Below are positions 39,424 through 48,219 of a stretch of DNA of 64,000 nucleotides, piece after piece. A program made the position numbers and the translations under genes. Origin of the DNA: Patescibacteria group bacterium (GTDB taxonomy: Bacteria; Patescibacteriota; Patescibacteriia; JAQUQO01); contig JAQUQO010000001.1 of NCBI GenBank assembly GCA_028716045.1, forward strand, positions 192,942 through 256,941, in the 5' to 3' direction. How positions within the stretch are numbered: the first letter of the stretch is position 1; each line of letters opens with the position of its first letter. Under the pieces are notes generated by a model that did not search any database, was not told the origin of the DNA, and saw only the letters and a program-made list of their open reading frames with translations.

Positions 39424-40482
39424 ATGTCCAGTAAAAAATTTTTTTTACTTTTCTCGGTTTTAACTATCTTTGTTTTATCCGGCGCCGGTTGCATCAGTTT
39501 TAAAAAATCCGGGAATGATTTGGGCGTTTTTAGAAGCGGTGACAAGGGCGATAATTGGCAGCAGAAAGTGTCGGTGGCGCACGTGGGCGTGGCAGATGTT
39601 TCCATTGCCGGAGTGAATATCAAAGATTTTGAAATTGATCCGTCGGACAGCAACGCTCTTTACGCTCTAAGCGAAGGTCAGGGTATTATCTATACTTACG
39701 ACAATGGAGACAGTTGGCAGTTGGTGAAATTTTTTTCCGGGAAAACAATTAATTCAATTGCCGTAGACAATAAAGATAAATGTAATCTTTATGCCGCGGT
39801 AGATAATAAGATTTTCAAATCCGATGATTGTAATCGCACCTGGAAGCTTATTTACGATGACCCGCGCGCGGACAATAAAATCAACGCCTTGGATTTGGAT
39901 TCTTTCAATACGCAGATTGTTTATGCCGGCTCATCGCAAGGGGATGTTCTTAAAAGTTTGGACGGAGGCAAAAGCTGGAAAGCGATTAATCGGCTAAAAA
40001 GCTCGGTGGAAAAAATTTTGATAAATCAAGCCAATGATACGCGCGTGGTCTTTGTGGCTACCCAGAAGAATGGTGTTTATAAAACCGCCAATGCCGGAGA
40101 GAGCTGGGAGGAATCGCAGGATATTTTAAGGACCTACGGCGGCGGTTTGGAATTTCGCGACATGGTTTATCAAAAGAATAGTTTAATTTTAGCCACCAAA
40201 TACGGCCTATTAAAAACTACGCTGGGCAATGAATGGCAGGCCTGGCAACCCATTAACTTGATTACTGCTCCGGGGACGGCTACTATTTATTCTTTGTCAG
40301 TTAACCCGCAGAATTCCGCGGAAATTTATTATGTGGCCGATAAAACATTTTATCGCACTGCGGACGGCGGGAAGACCTGGACAACCAAGGCGTTGCCGAC
40401 CACCGGCGCGGGGACGGCGTTACTTGTTAATTACGCCAACCCTAATATGTTGTATCTCGGAATTACCAAAATAAAGAAATAA
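39424..40482 (+). CDS. BNR/YCF48-like beta-propeller lipoprotein
   Basis: Lipobox LSGAGC; repeated S.DgG.(S/T)W Asp-boxes. Confidence 0.85.
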   Translation: MSSKKFFLLFSVLTIFVLSGAGCISFKKSGNDLGVFRSGDKGDNWQQKVSVAHVGVADVSIAGVNIKDFEIDPSDSNALYALSEGQGIIYTYDNGDSWQLVKFFSGKTINSIAVDNKDKCNLYAAVDNKIFKSDDCNRTWKLIYDDPRADNKINALDLDSFNTQIVYAGSSQGDVLKSLDGGKSWKAINRLKSSVEKILINQANDTRVVFVATQKNGVYKTANAGESWEESQDILRTYGGGLEFRDMVYQKNSLILATKYGLLKTTLGNEWQAWQPINLITAPGTATIYSLSVNPQNSAEIYYVADKTFYRTADGGKTWTTKALPTTGAGTALLVNYANPNMLYLGITKIKK

Positions 40483-40494
40483 GTTTTAAATACT

Positions 40495-41049
40495 ATGCAT
40501 CAATTAATCCAAAAACACGAGGGGGAATTCGCCCAAGCCCTTGAATTTATAAAAAAGGAAGTTTCCACTATCCAAACCGGCCGGGCCAACGCCGCGCTGG
40601 TGGAGGATATTTCGGTTGAGGCCTATGGGGTCAGGACACCCTTGAAACAATTGGCCAGCATTGGCGTGCCGGAAGCGAGAACGATTACCATTGAACCCTG
40701 GGATAAAAATATTGGCAAAGATATTGAAAAAGCCATTAGGGACTCCGGTCGCGGGCTGAATCCGATAAATGAAGGGGGGGTGGTCAGAATAAATATCCCG
40801 CAGATGACGGAGGAAACGAGAAAGGATTTATTGAAATTGCTTAATAAAAAAATAGAAGAGGGGAAGATAAAGCTAAGGGCGGTTCGCGAGAAAATTCGCG
40901 AAGAAATTATTGCCGCCGAAAAGAGCAAAGAAATTACCGAGGACGATAAATACGCTTTGCAGAAGGAGCTAGATGAGGTGACCGGGGATTATAATAAAAA
41001 AGTGGAAGAAATTACCAAAAAGAAAGAAGAAGAAATCACCACGATTTAA
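40495..41049 (+). CDS. frr: Ribosome recycling factor
   Basis: IQTGRAN, YG..PLKQLA, PWD, GLNP, TEETRK. Confidence 0.97.
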   Translation: MHQLIQKHEGEFAQALEFIKKEVSTIQTGRANAALVEDISVEAYGVRTPLKQLASIGVPEARTITIEPWDKNIGKDIEKAIRDSGRGLNPINEGGVVRINIPQMTEETRKDLLKLLNKKIEEGKIKLRAVREKIREEIIAAEKSKEITEDDKYALQKELDEVTGDYNKKVEEITKKKEEEITTI

Positions 41050-41052
41050 ATT

Positions 41053-42522
41053 ATGGCAAAAAATAAAAAAGAAGAAGCTCCCGTTTCCGCTCAAAACGGA
41101 AAGATGGAAAAGATTGTGTCTCTTTGCAAGAGGCGCGGTTTTGTTTTCCCGGGCTCGGAGATTTACGGCGGATTGGCCAATTCGTGGGATTACGGCCCTT
41201 ATGGCGTGGAGATGAAAAATAATATCAAGCAAAAATGGTGGAAATTTTTTGTGCAGGAACGCGAAGATATGGTGGGGATTGACGCCGCTCTGATTATGAA
41301 TCCTAAGGTTTGGGAAGCGAGTGGGCATTTGAAAGAGTTTTCTGACCCATTGGTGGAATGTAAAAATCAGAAATGTCATAAACGTTTTCGTTGGGATCAG
41401 ATAAAAGTTATGTACGAAGGGCCTCGAGCAGAATTAGATGAGCTTGGTCCAGATGAAGATATACTCGGTGCTTTTTGGATTTGTGAAAATTGTGGAACTA
41501 AAAACCTTGGCATTGAAACAAAAGGTAGAGAAGGTGATTTAAGAGGAAAATTTGATGTTAAACAATTTAATCTGATGTTTAAGACTTTTATCGGTCCGTC
41601 AGAGGAACAAGCGAATGTCGCTTATTTGCGGCCGGAAAACGCGCAAGGGATGTTCGTTAATTTTAAAAATGTTTTGAATACCACTCGTCGGCGTTTGCCT
41701 TTCGGCATTGCTCAAATCGGCAGGAATTTTCGCAACGAAATTACGCCCGGCAATTTTATTTTCCGCACGCGCGAATTTGAAATCGCGGAGCTGGAATATT
41801 TTATCAGACCGGAAGGTTGGGAAAAGAAATTTGAAATGTGGTTAGAGGACATCAAAATTTGGTGGCGAGATGTCATGCGGATTAATATGAATAATTTAAT
41901 CTGGCACGAAATCCCCGATGGAGAACGGGCGCATTATTCTAAACGCACAGTTGATATTGAGTATAAATATCCTTTTGGTGTAAAGGAACTGCATGGTATC
42001 GCTTATCGCACAGATTTTGATTTGCGCCGGCACGAGGAAGTTTCCGGGGAAGATTTAAAATATACCGACCCGGAAACGGGGGAAAAGATATTGCCGCACG
42101 TGATTGAGCCGACGTTTGGCGTGGACCGCATGTTGCTGGTTTCTTTGCTGGAAGCTTATCAGGAAGAAAGCGCGCCAACGGGCGAAGGGGAAGAGGATAC
42201 GCGCGTGGTAATGAAATTTCCCTCGTGGCTTGCGCCCATTAAAATCGCCATTTTACCTTTATCTAAAAAAGAGGATTTATCAAAACTATCGCACGAGATT
42301 TATAACGAACTGCGTAAAAATTATACGTGCGAATATGATGAGACCCAGTCCATCGGCAAGCGCTACCGCCGGCAGGACGAAATTGGCACGCCGTATTGCG
42401 TGACGGTTGATTTTGAAAGTTTAGAAGATAAAAAGGTGACCATCCGTGAGCGCGACAGTATGAAACAAGAGAGAGTTGATATTGCCGACTTGGTAAATAT
42501 TTTTCAAGATAAGTTAAAATAG
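41053..42522 (+). CDS. glyQS: Glycine--tRNA ligase, homodimeric type
   Basis: LCKRRGF..SEIYGG, WDYGP, FRNEITPGNFIFRTREF, IGKRYRRQDEIGTP. Confidence 0.97.
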   Translation: MAKNKKEEAPVSAQNGKMEKIVSLCKRRGFVFPGSEIYGGLANSWDYGPYGVEMKNNIKQKWWKFFVQEREDMVGIDAALIMNPKVWEASGHLKEFSDPLVECKNQKCHKRFRWDQIKVMYEGPRAELDELGPDEDILGAFWICENCGTKNLGIETKGREGDLRGKFDVKQFNLMFKTFIGPSEEQANVAYLRPENAQGMFVNFKNVLNTTRRRLPFGIAQIGRNFRNEITPGNFIFRTREFEIAELEYFIRPEGWEKKFEMWLEDIKIWWRDVMRINMNNLIWHEIPDGERAHYSKRTVDIEYKYPFGVKELHGIAYRTDFDLRRHEEVSGEDLKYTDPETGEKILPHVIEPTFGVDRMLLVSLLEAYQEESAPTGEGEEDTRVVMKFPSWLAPIKIAILPLSKKEDLSKLSHEIYNELRKNYTCEYDETQSIGKRYRRQDEIGTPYCVTVDFESLEDKKVTIRERDSMKQERVDIADLVNIFQDKLK

Positions 42523-43800
42523 ATGTACGAGAAAAAAGTTTTACCCAATGGAGCAAAATTGATTTTTATCCCTCAAAAAGAAACCAAAGCAGTCACCGCT
42601 CTGGTTCTTTTTCGTGTTGGCTCAAGATACGAATCCGGAGAGTTGAACGGCGTTTCCCATTTCATAGAGCATCTGATGTTTAAGGGCACCAAGAAGCGTC
42701 CGACGACGTTGGCCATTTCCCGCGACCTCGATTCCATCGGCGCGGATTATAACGCTTTTACCGCTAAAGACCATACGGGCTATTATATCAAAGCTAATAA
42801 AGAAAAAGTCGGCGTGGCCTTGGACGTTCTTTCTGACATACTCTGGCAGTCAAAATTCAGCGCCGGGGAATTGGAAAAAGAACGGGGCGTGATTATTGAA
42901 GAAATTAATATGTATGAAGATACGCCGATGATATATCTGGACGATCTATTTGAAAAGAATTTATACGCCGGAAACAAACTTGGCCAGCTGATTTCGGGCC
43001 CCAAAGAAAATATCCAGCGGCTGAAGAGGGAGGAAATACTGGGCTATAAAAATAAATTTTATTCTCCGGAAAATATGGTGGTGGCGCTGGCCGGCAATAT
43101 CGGCGGGGGAGACAGAAAGTTAGCGGAAAAATATTTTGGCAAAATTAAGGCCGGCGGTGAAGTCACGCCCACTTTTGAGAATTTTAAAATTTCACCAAAA
43201 AATTTCGCGGGTCCGGATGTGGCCATTTTTTACAAAGAGACTGAGCAGATTCATCTGGCTTTAGGGTGGCCGGCTTTATCGCATGATGACCCGAGAATTT
43301 ACGCCCTGAATTTACTTGGAATTATTTTGGGTGGGACAATGAGCTCGCGCTTGTTCATTAATATCCGCGAAAAGAAAGGCCTCTGTTATTATATCAGCGC
43401 CGGCGCGGAGACCTATGAAGATACGGGTCATTTCAAAATCCAGGCCGGGCTTGATAAATCCAGAATCAAAGAGGCGATTCCGTTGATTCTGGCGGAGGTG
43501 CGGAAAGTTCTCAACGCCGGAGTGACGGCCGCGGAACTTGTTCGCGCTAGAGATTATCTTAAAGGACGGACGATTTTGGCGTTGGAGGATTCCAGCGCGC
43601 TGGCGAGCTGGTTTGGCCGGCAGGAGCTTTTGTGTAAAGAAGTTTTAACGCCGGAAGAAAAATTTGCTAAGATAGACGAAGTGGGGAGTAATGATATTTC
43701 GGCTGTGGCGCGCGAGGTTTTTCAGCCGGATTTTTTGCGGGGCGCGCTGATTGGGCCGTTTAAAGATTTTGGAGAATTTCGCCCCTTGCTAAAATTTTAA
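42523..43800 (+). CDS. M16 (pitrilysin family) zinc peptidase
   Basis: GVSHFIEHLMFKGT, NAFT, MSSRLF. Confidence 0.95.
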   Translation: MYEKKVLPNGAKLIFIPQKETKAVTALVLFRVGSRYESGELNGVSHFIEHLMFKGTKKRPTTLAISRDLDSIGADYNAFTAKDHTGYYIKANKEKVGVALDVLSDILWQSKFSAGELEKERGVIIEEINMYEDTPMIYLDDLFEKNLYAGNKLGQLISGPKENIQRLKREEILGYKNKFYSPENMVVALAGNIGGGDRKLAEKYFGKIKAGGEVTPTFENFKISPKNFAGPDVAIFYKETEQIHLALGWPALSHDDPRIYALNLLGIILGGTMSSRLFINIREKKGLCYYISAGAETYEDTGHFKIQAGLDKSRIKEAIPLILAEVRKVLNAGVTAAELVRARDYLKGRTILALEDSSALASWFGRQELLCKEVLTPEEKFAKIDEVGSNDISAVAREVFQPDFLRGALIGPFKDFGEFRPLLKF

Positions 43801-43818
43801 TCCTTAATTAATTTGGTT

Positions 43819-44583
43819 ATGAAAATTTTTTTTACTATCGCCAATTGGAAAATGAATTTAGGGTTAAAAGATTCGGTCAAGCTTGCCCGCGCTGTCATTA
43901 AAATTAAAAATAATCATAAAAAGAATAAAATAGTGCTTTGCCCGTCGTTCACCAGTTTGGAAAGGGTCGGAAGTTTGATTAAGCGCACGCCCCTAGAACT
44001 AGGCGCGCAGGATATGTTTTGGGAAGAAAGGGGAGCGTTTACCGGAGAAATTTCCCCGGCGATGCTCAAGGAGGCGGGGGTTAAATACGTAATTTTGGGG
44101 CATTCGGAAAGGCGGAATTATTTGAAGGAAACCGATAAAATAGTGGGGCTGAAAACCCGCGCGGCTCTAAAAAATGGCCTGATTCCAATTGTTTGTATCG
44201 GCGAAACCGCCGAAGAAAGAAGGGCGGGAAATTATTGGAGAGTTCTAAGCGGGCAAATCGCCGAGATTTTCAGAGACCTTAAACTTTCTCCGGGAGTCAG
44301 GATATTTGTGGCCTATGAACCAATTTGGGCAATAGGTACTGGGAAATTTTTAGATGCCGCCGCAGCCGCTGAAGCGCATCTGTTTATCAGAAAGAAAATT
44401 TCGGAAATTTTTTCATCCACTGTGGCGCGGAGTAATTTTACTATTATCTACGGCGGCAGTGTTGACAGTAAAAGCATTTTAGGGTTTACTAAAGAACAAG
44501 AAATACAAGGAGTGTTGGTAGGCGGGGCGGCGCAGAAGCTTGCCAGTTTTAAAGAATTAATAAAGAAATCGCAATGCTTATAA
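43819..44583 (+). CDS. tpiA: Triosephosphate isomerase
   Basis: ANWKMN, GHSERR, AYEPIWAIGTG, YGGSV. Confidence 0.98.
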   Translation: MKIFFTIANWKMNLGLKDSVKLARAVIKIKNNHKKNKIVLCPSFTSLERVGSLIKRTPLELGAQDMFWEERGAFTGEISPAMLKEAGVKYVILGHSERRNYLKETDKIVGLKTRAALKNGLIPIVCIGETAEERRAGNYWRVLSGQIAEIFRDLKLSPGVRIFVAYEPIWAIGTGKFLDAAAAAEAHLFIRKKISEIFSSTVARSNFTIIYGGSVDSKSILGFTKEQEIQGVLVGGAAQKLASFKELIKKSQCL

Positions 44584-45356
44584 ACATAAGTTTGATAATT
44601 TTGGGGGGTTGTCTTTTAATTTTAATTGTGATTGCCGTGAGAAAATTTCCCAACTTGGCGGCTATTGACGTCAAATCAATACCCGAGGAACAACAAGCGG
44701 AAAAGAAGGAGCAAATTTTGACCAGTCGATTTAAGGGATTACTCGGTAAAATTAAATCTTGGGGTAAAGAGCTTTTTGGGCCTACCAGCGATATTTTAAG
44801 GGAAAGTTTTTGGAGACTGCATAACAAGCTTTTAGATTTGGAAAAAAGATACAAAAAATCCTCTATGGTAACTGCGGAAAATGGAGAAAACATTGAGCAA
44901 AAAATCACTCATCTTTTACGCGAAGCGGAAGAATTAATTAAAGAAAAAAAGTTCATGGAAGCGGAGCAGAAATATATCACGATTATTAGTTTGGATATAA
45001 AAAATACCGAGGCCTACGAGGGGCTGGTAGGGATTTATATTGAGGGAAAGGAATACGAGCAAGCTCTTCAGACGCTTGATTATTTGATTAAAATCAATCC
45101 GCAAAATTTTGTTTATTATATTGAACTGGGAGAAATTTTTAAGATTCTGGGCGATAAGGAAAAATTATTGGCCAATGCCAAATTAGCGGTTAAATCTTCG
45201 CCCCATAACCCTCGCACGCTTGATTTCCTTTTAGAATCTGCTATAATAGGAGAAAATAAAAAATTAGCCGAGGATACTTTGAAAAAATTAGAAGAGGTAA
45301 ATCCAGAAAACGAAAAATTATCGGAATTTAAAGAAAGGATTAAGGAAATAAAATAA
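44574..45356 (+). CDS. Membrane-anchored TPR protein
   Basis: N-terminal TM segment and TPR-like helices. Confidence 0.8.
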   Translation: MLINISLIILGGCLLILIVIAVRKFPNLAAIDVKSIPEEQQAEKKEQILTSRFKGLLGKIKSWGKELFGPTSDILRESFWRLHNKLLDLEKRYKKSSMVTAENGENIEQKITHLLREAEELIKEKKFMEAEQKYITIISLDIKNTEAYEGLVGIYIEGKEYEQALQTLDYLIKINPQNFVYYIELGEIFKILGDKEKLLANAKLAVKSSPHNPRTLDFLLESAIIGENKKLAEDTLKKLEEVNPENEKLSEFKERIKEIK

Positions 45357-45357
45357 T

Positions 45358-45431
45358 GCCGTTGTAGCCCGCCCGGCACGCCTACGGCGAAGCCGTGGCG
45401 GACGGGTTCAGTTGGTAGGGCGGGGCGAGCA
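45358..45431 (+). pseudogene. Interrupted duplicate of the tRNA-Thr(GGT) 5' end
   Basis: GCCGTTGTAGC[39-nt hairpin]TCAGTTGGTAG[9 nt]AGCA matches the start of the tRNA at 45479. Confidence 0.75.
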
Positions 45432-45478
45432 GTTGGCTGACCAGCCTTTGGCTGGGACTAATATTTATTCGTTTATAT

Positions 45479-45551
45479 GCCGTTGTAGCTCAGTTGGTAG
45501 AGCAACTCCATGGTAAGGAGTAGGTCCGCGGTTCAAGCCCGCGCAACGGCT
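45479..45551 (+). tRNA. tRNA-Thr(GGT)
   Basis: Cloverleaf; anticodon 45512-45514; acceptor GCCGTTG/CAACGGC. Confidence 0.95.
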
Positions 45552-45653
45552 CAGAGGCCTTTTTAAAAAATATTTTGTAGGTGCGATACCGCTGTCGCAC
45601 CTCTGTTTTAAGATAAAAGAGCGACAGTTTTGCCTGCCCGCCAGTCGCTAAGT

Positions 45654-45726
45654 GCCGAGGTAGCTCAGCTGGTAGAGCAGCAGTTTTGTAAACTGCGGGT
45701 CGCAGGTTCGAATCCTGTCCTCGGCT
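45654..45726 (+). tRNA. tRNA-Thr(TGT)
   Basis: Acceptor GCCGAGG/CCTCGGC; anticodon arm GCAGT-TTTGTAA-ACTGC; GGTTCGAATCC. Confidence 0.97.
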
Positions 45727-45757
45727 CTGGTTCAGTAAGTAAATCAATTGCTCCTTT

Positions 45758-45814
45758 TCGGTTTCCGCCAAAGGCGGACCCGGTCGGATGACCGGGCGAA
45801 TCCGACGGGTGGCT
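45758..45814 (+). pseudogene. tRNA 3' remnant (T-arm plus acceptor strand) split by two hairpins
   Basis: TCGGTT[33 nt]CGAATCCGAC GGGTGGC T. Confidence 0.6.
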
Positions 45815-45840
45815 TCAGATTATTAATTAATTTTATTTTT

Positions 45841-45996
45841 ATGTCACAAGACAATCTCATTAAATTAGAATGCTCGGAATGCAAAAGGGTTACCCATTTT
45901 TCTAAGAAAAATAAAAAAACACTTAGAGAGCGTTTAGCGATGAAAAAATATTGCCGACATTGCAAAAAACACACACCGCATAAGGAAACAAAATAG
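45841..45996 (+). CDS. rpmG: 50S ribosomal protein L33
   Basis: MSQDNLIKLECSEC..SKKNKK..KKYCRHCKKHTPHKETK. Confidence 0.97.
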   Translation: MSQDNLIKLECSECKRVTHFSKKNKKTLRERLAMKKYCRHCKKHTPHKETK

Positions 45997-46026
45997 TCGA
46001 TGACTATAAGCCGATAGCTTATAGTT

Positions 46027-46097
46027 CTCGGGGGGTTCGTATAATGGTAGTACAGGGGTCTCACCCGTCAGTCGCGACTGACGGGTGTCTCCAAAAC
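46027..46097 (+). pseudogene. Duplicated 5' half of tRNA-Trp interrupted by palindrome copy 6 (46063-46086, GTCTC duplication)
   Basis: Identical to 46357-46398 once the 29-nt insert is removed. Confidence 0.9.
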
Positions 46098-46101
46098 TTT
46101 T

Positions 46102-46353
46102 ATGTATTATATTTATATTCTACATATAGAAGGGATTAAGGGTAAAAATTTTTATATTGGTTATACTGCGGATTTGAAAAATAGACTTAAGGAACATTTA
46201 CTAGGGAGAGTTAGAACAACCAGAGGTAGAAACCCAAAATTAATTTATTTTGAAGCTTATGGTGGTAAATATCTAGCTTTAAAAAGAGAAAAAGGTTTAA
46301 AAAATAGTGGTTCCGTTTATAATGCCTTGTTGAGACGTTTAAGTTTAAAATAA
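46102..46353 (+). CDS. Stand-alone GIY-YIG nuclease
   Basis: YYIYIL..FYIGYTADLKNRLKEH..LIYFE..ALKREKGLK. Confidence 0.92.
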   Translation: MYYIYILHIEGIKGKNFYIGYTADLKNRLKEHLLGRVRTTRGRNPKLIYFEAYGGKYLALKREKGLKNSGSVYNALLRRLSLK

Positions 46354-46359
46354 AAACTC

Positions 46360-46433
46360 GGGGGGTTCGTATAATGGTAGTACAGGGGTCTCCAAAACCT
46401 CTAGCGTGGGTTCGATTCCTACACCCCCTGCCA
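46360..46433 (+). tRNA. tRNA-Trp(CCA)
   Basis: Cloverleaf, anticodon 46392-46394, encoded CCA end. Confidence 0.95.
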
Positions 46434-46448
46434 GAATTAATTAAAAGT

Positions 46449-46658
46449 ATGAATCGAGAAAATATTAATTCAAGCCCAGAACAAAAGAAAGAGTTAAGGA
46501 GGTATGTTTACACGGACCATAAGATTGAAAAGGTTATTTTTGAATGTGAAGCCGGGGATATTCTAGAAGCCGATGAGTTGTATAAAAAAGCCACTGGCAA
46601 TGATTCAAGTAAGCAAGCTTACGTTGGCATTCAGATTTTGGAAATAAAGAAAGAATAA
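46449..46658 (+). CDS. Small hypothetical protein
   Basis: 69 aa from ATG 46449, after the tRNA. Confidence 0.6.
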   Translation: MNRENINSSPEQKKELRRYVYTDHKIEKVIFECEAGDILEADELYKKATGNDSSKQAYVGIQILEIKKE

Positions 46659-46708
46659 GAATTCGTTTTCCGGGCGTTTTTTAATATAGTTGAGTAAATT
46701 TTTTAAAT

Positions 46709-47656
46709 ATGTTCAAATCAACATTTGAAAAGCCCGCCAAGGGGGAGAAGCGACAGGAAAAATTTGCGGAGTTGATTAAGAATATCGCGGCGGAGACAAA
46801 TGAATATCTCAATCGCTTTATTGAAGACGAAAGGGGTAAAAATATCGTCGGGGAAGACGGGCATATTGAGATGCGTTCTTTTTGGACAAAAAAGGGCGGA
46901 CCGTTTGCTAAAACCGGAGAGGGGAGCGTAAGCGAAGACGAAGATTTTGTCTTAGAGCGCCGAAAAATTTTCAGCGGAATTTGGAATGATGACGGTAAGG
47001 AAGATAAAAACATTAAAGATTATTACCGCGATACTTTTAATTGTGGCACCGAAGAGGAAATGGTGAAACAGTGGAGCAAGAATCAGGAAAAAAGCTACGG
47101 GGCGTTGTTGGAAAAGGCGCTTTTGAGTATTTTATATAAGGCCCTGCGCAAGGATTTCATTGTGGTTCATTCCTCGGTTTACGACGATTATGCCAACGGC
47201 GTGGATTACGTGATTGTCAATAAAGAAACGGGCGATGTGGCTTGCGCTTTTGACGGGGTTAATGACGATAAGGGAGGGGAGAGATTTGAGAAAAAAATAA
47301 AAAAAATCAGGGATAAATCAAAAAAAGACGGAGCGGTATTGAAATACGGAATTACTTTTGAAAAATCTGATGGTGGGAAGAAGCTGGTTAAAAAGGAACT
47401 AAGCGGCATTCCGGTTTTTTGTCTGTCAATTTCCCGCGACGAACTGGATAAATTATTGGGCAAGATGAATTATGATTTATCCGGCGGTTTATCAGATGAG
47501 GAGGCAGAAGTTTTCGGTAATTTGATTGAATTGTTAAAATCGCAGACGGCGGATTTGGAACATGCCGGTTTATCGGAAAAAGTAAAAGATAATCTGGCGA
47601 AGTTTAAAATTTCTTTGGCTAAAATGGAGGAGTCAGCTGCGAAAAAGAGAAATTAA
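46709..47656 (+). CDS. Hypothetical protein, possibly a degenerate PD-(D/E)XK fold
   Basis: 315 aa; E..DDYANGVDYVI..CAFD pattern. Confidence 0.65.
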   Translation: MFKSTFEKPAKGEKRQEKFAELIKNIAAETNEYLNRFIEDERGKNIVGEDGHIEMRSFWTKKGGPFAKTGEGSVSEDEDFVLERRKIFSGIWNDDGKEDKNIKDYYRDTFNCGTEEEMVKQWSKNQEKSYGALLEKALLSILYKALRKDFIVVHSSVYDDYANGVDYVIVNKETGDVACAFDGVNDDKGGERFEKKIKKIRDKSKKDGAVLKYGITFEKSDGGKKLVKKELSGIPVFCLSISRDELDKLLGKMNYDLSGGLSDEEAEVFGNLIELLKSQTADLEHAGLSEKVKDNLAKFKISLAKMEESAAKKRN

Positions 47657-47735
47657 TTTTAGTATTATGAAAATAATTTTTTATTTAAATAGCGTTTTTT
47701 GAATATTAATAATCTAACCAACAGAGGGCAAAACA

Positions 47736-47984
47736 ATGAGTGATGAAAGAGAAAAGAAAGGGCAAAATGGCTAGGAAAAACCGCCGGTAAGCGGAATCGT
47801 GATTGTGTATGGTTCCGATAGCAACGGCAATCCGCTTGGCAGCGATGAAGCCAAAAAGATACAAGGAATTCTTAATATACCAGAGGTGGCAGCAAAGATA
47901 TTTGTTTCCGATGAAGAGTACGAAAAAGAGTTGGATAAAAAATTTCGTAGGAAATTTCTGCCAAAAAATAACCAAACGGAATAA
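47736..47984 (+). pseudogene. SD-led small ORF with an in-frame TAG at codon 13
   Basis: AGAGGG..ATG 47736, MSDEREKKGQNG*EKPPVSGIVIVYG.. continues in frame to 47984. Confidence 0.45.
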
Positions 47985-48066
47985 ATCCATTGCCCAAAAC
48001 GGGGAGCATAACATTGCTTTCCGTTTTTTATTTTCCAGAAGATATTTTAGATGGCGAGAAACACCC

Positions 48067-48095
48067 TTGACTTATTATCCTTTTGGAGCTATTGT
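48067..48095 (+). promoter_or_regulatory. sigma70 promoter of the tRNA-Asn leader
   Basis: TTGACT-17-TATTGT. Confidence 0.6.
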
Positions 48096-48103
48096 TAGAT
48101 TAT

Positions 48104-48215
48104 ATGAAATCATTTTTAAGATTAAAAAAATTAATAACAATAATAATCCCGCCGGCGGATGGTAGTTTTGATTTGTCTTTTACCACCCGCCATTAAACCG
48201 GCGGGTTTTTTGTTT
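48104..48215 (+). promoter_or_regulatory. Attenuator-like leader: Asn5 codon run, antiterminator and terminator
   Basis: AAT AAC AAT AAT AAT at 48133-48147; 48154-64 pairs with 48181-91; terminator ACCCGCC/GGCGGGT plus T tract. Confidence 0.6.
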
Positions 48216-48219
48216 ATAT

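Noticed and set aside
45579-45650. Degenerate tRNA-Tyr between the two tRNA-Thr genes
   Set aside because: Only hairpins and a GCCTGCCCGCCA stretch; no cloverleaf or anticodon arm could be built.
45490-46064. Minus-strand ORFs and the 45748 extension of rpmG
   Set aside because: Shadows of tRNAs and rpmG; the L33 motif starts at 45841.
46374-46448. N-terminal extension of the 46658 ORF
   Set aside because: Overlaps tRNA-Trp; ATG 46449 is the plausible start.
47803-48165. 120-aa protein
   Set aside because: Spans another ORF and a promoter; only its last ~20 codons look meaningful, as a leader peptide.
48100-48215. T-box riboswitch
   Set aside because: No T-box consensus and no room for Stem I; the codon-run geometry fits ribosome attenuation better.
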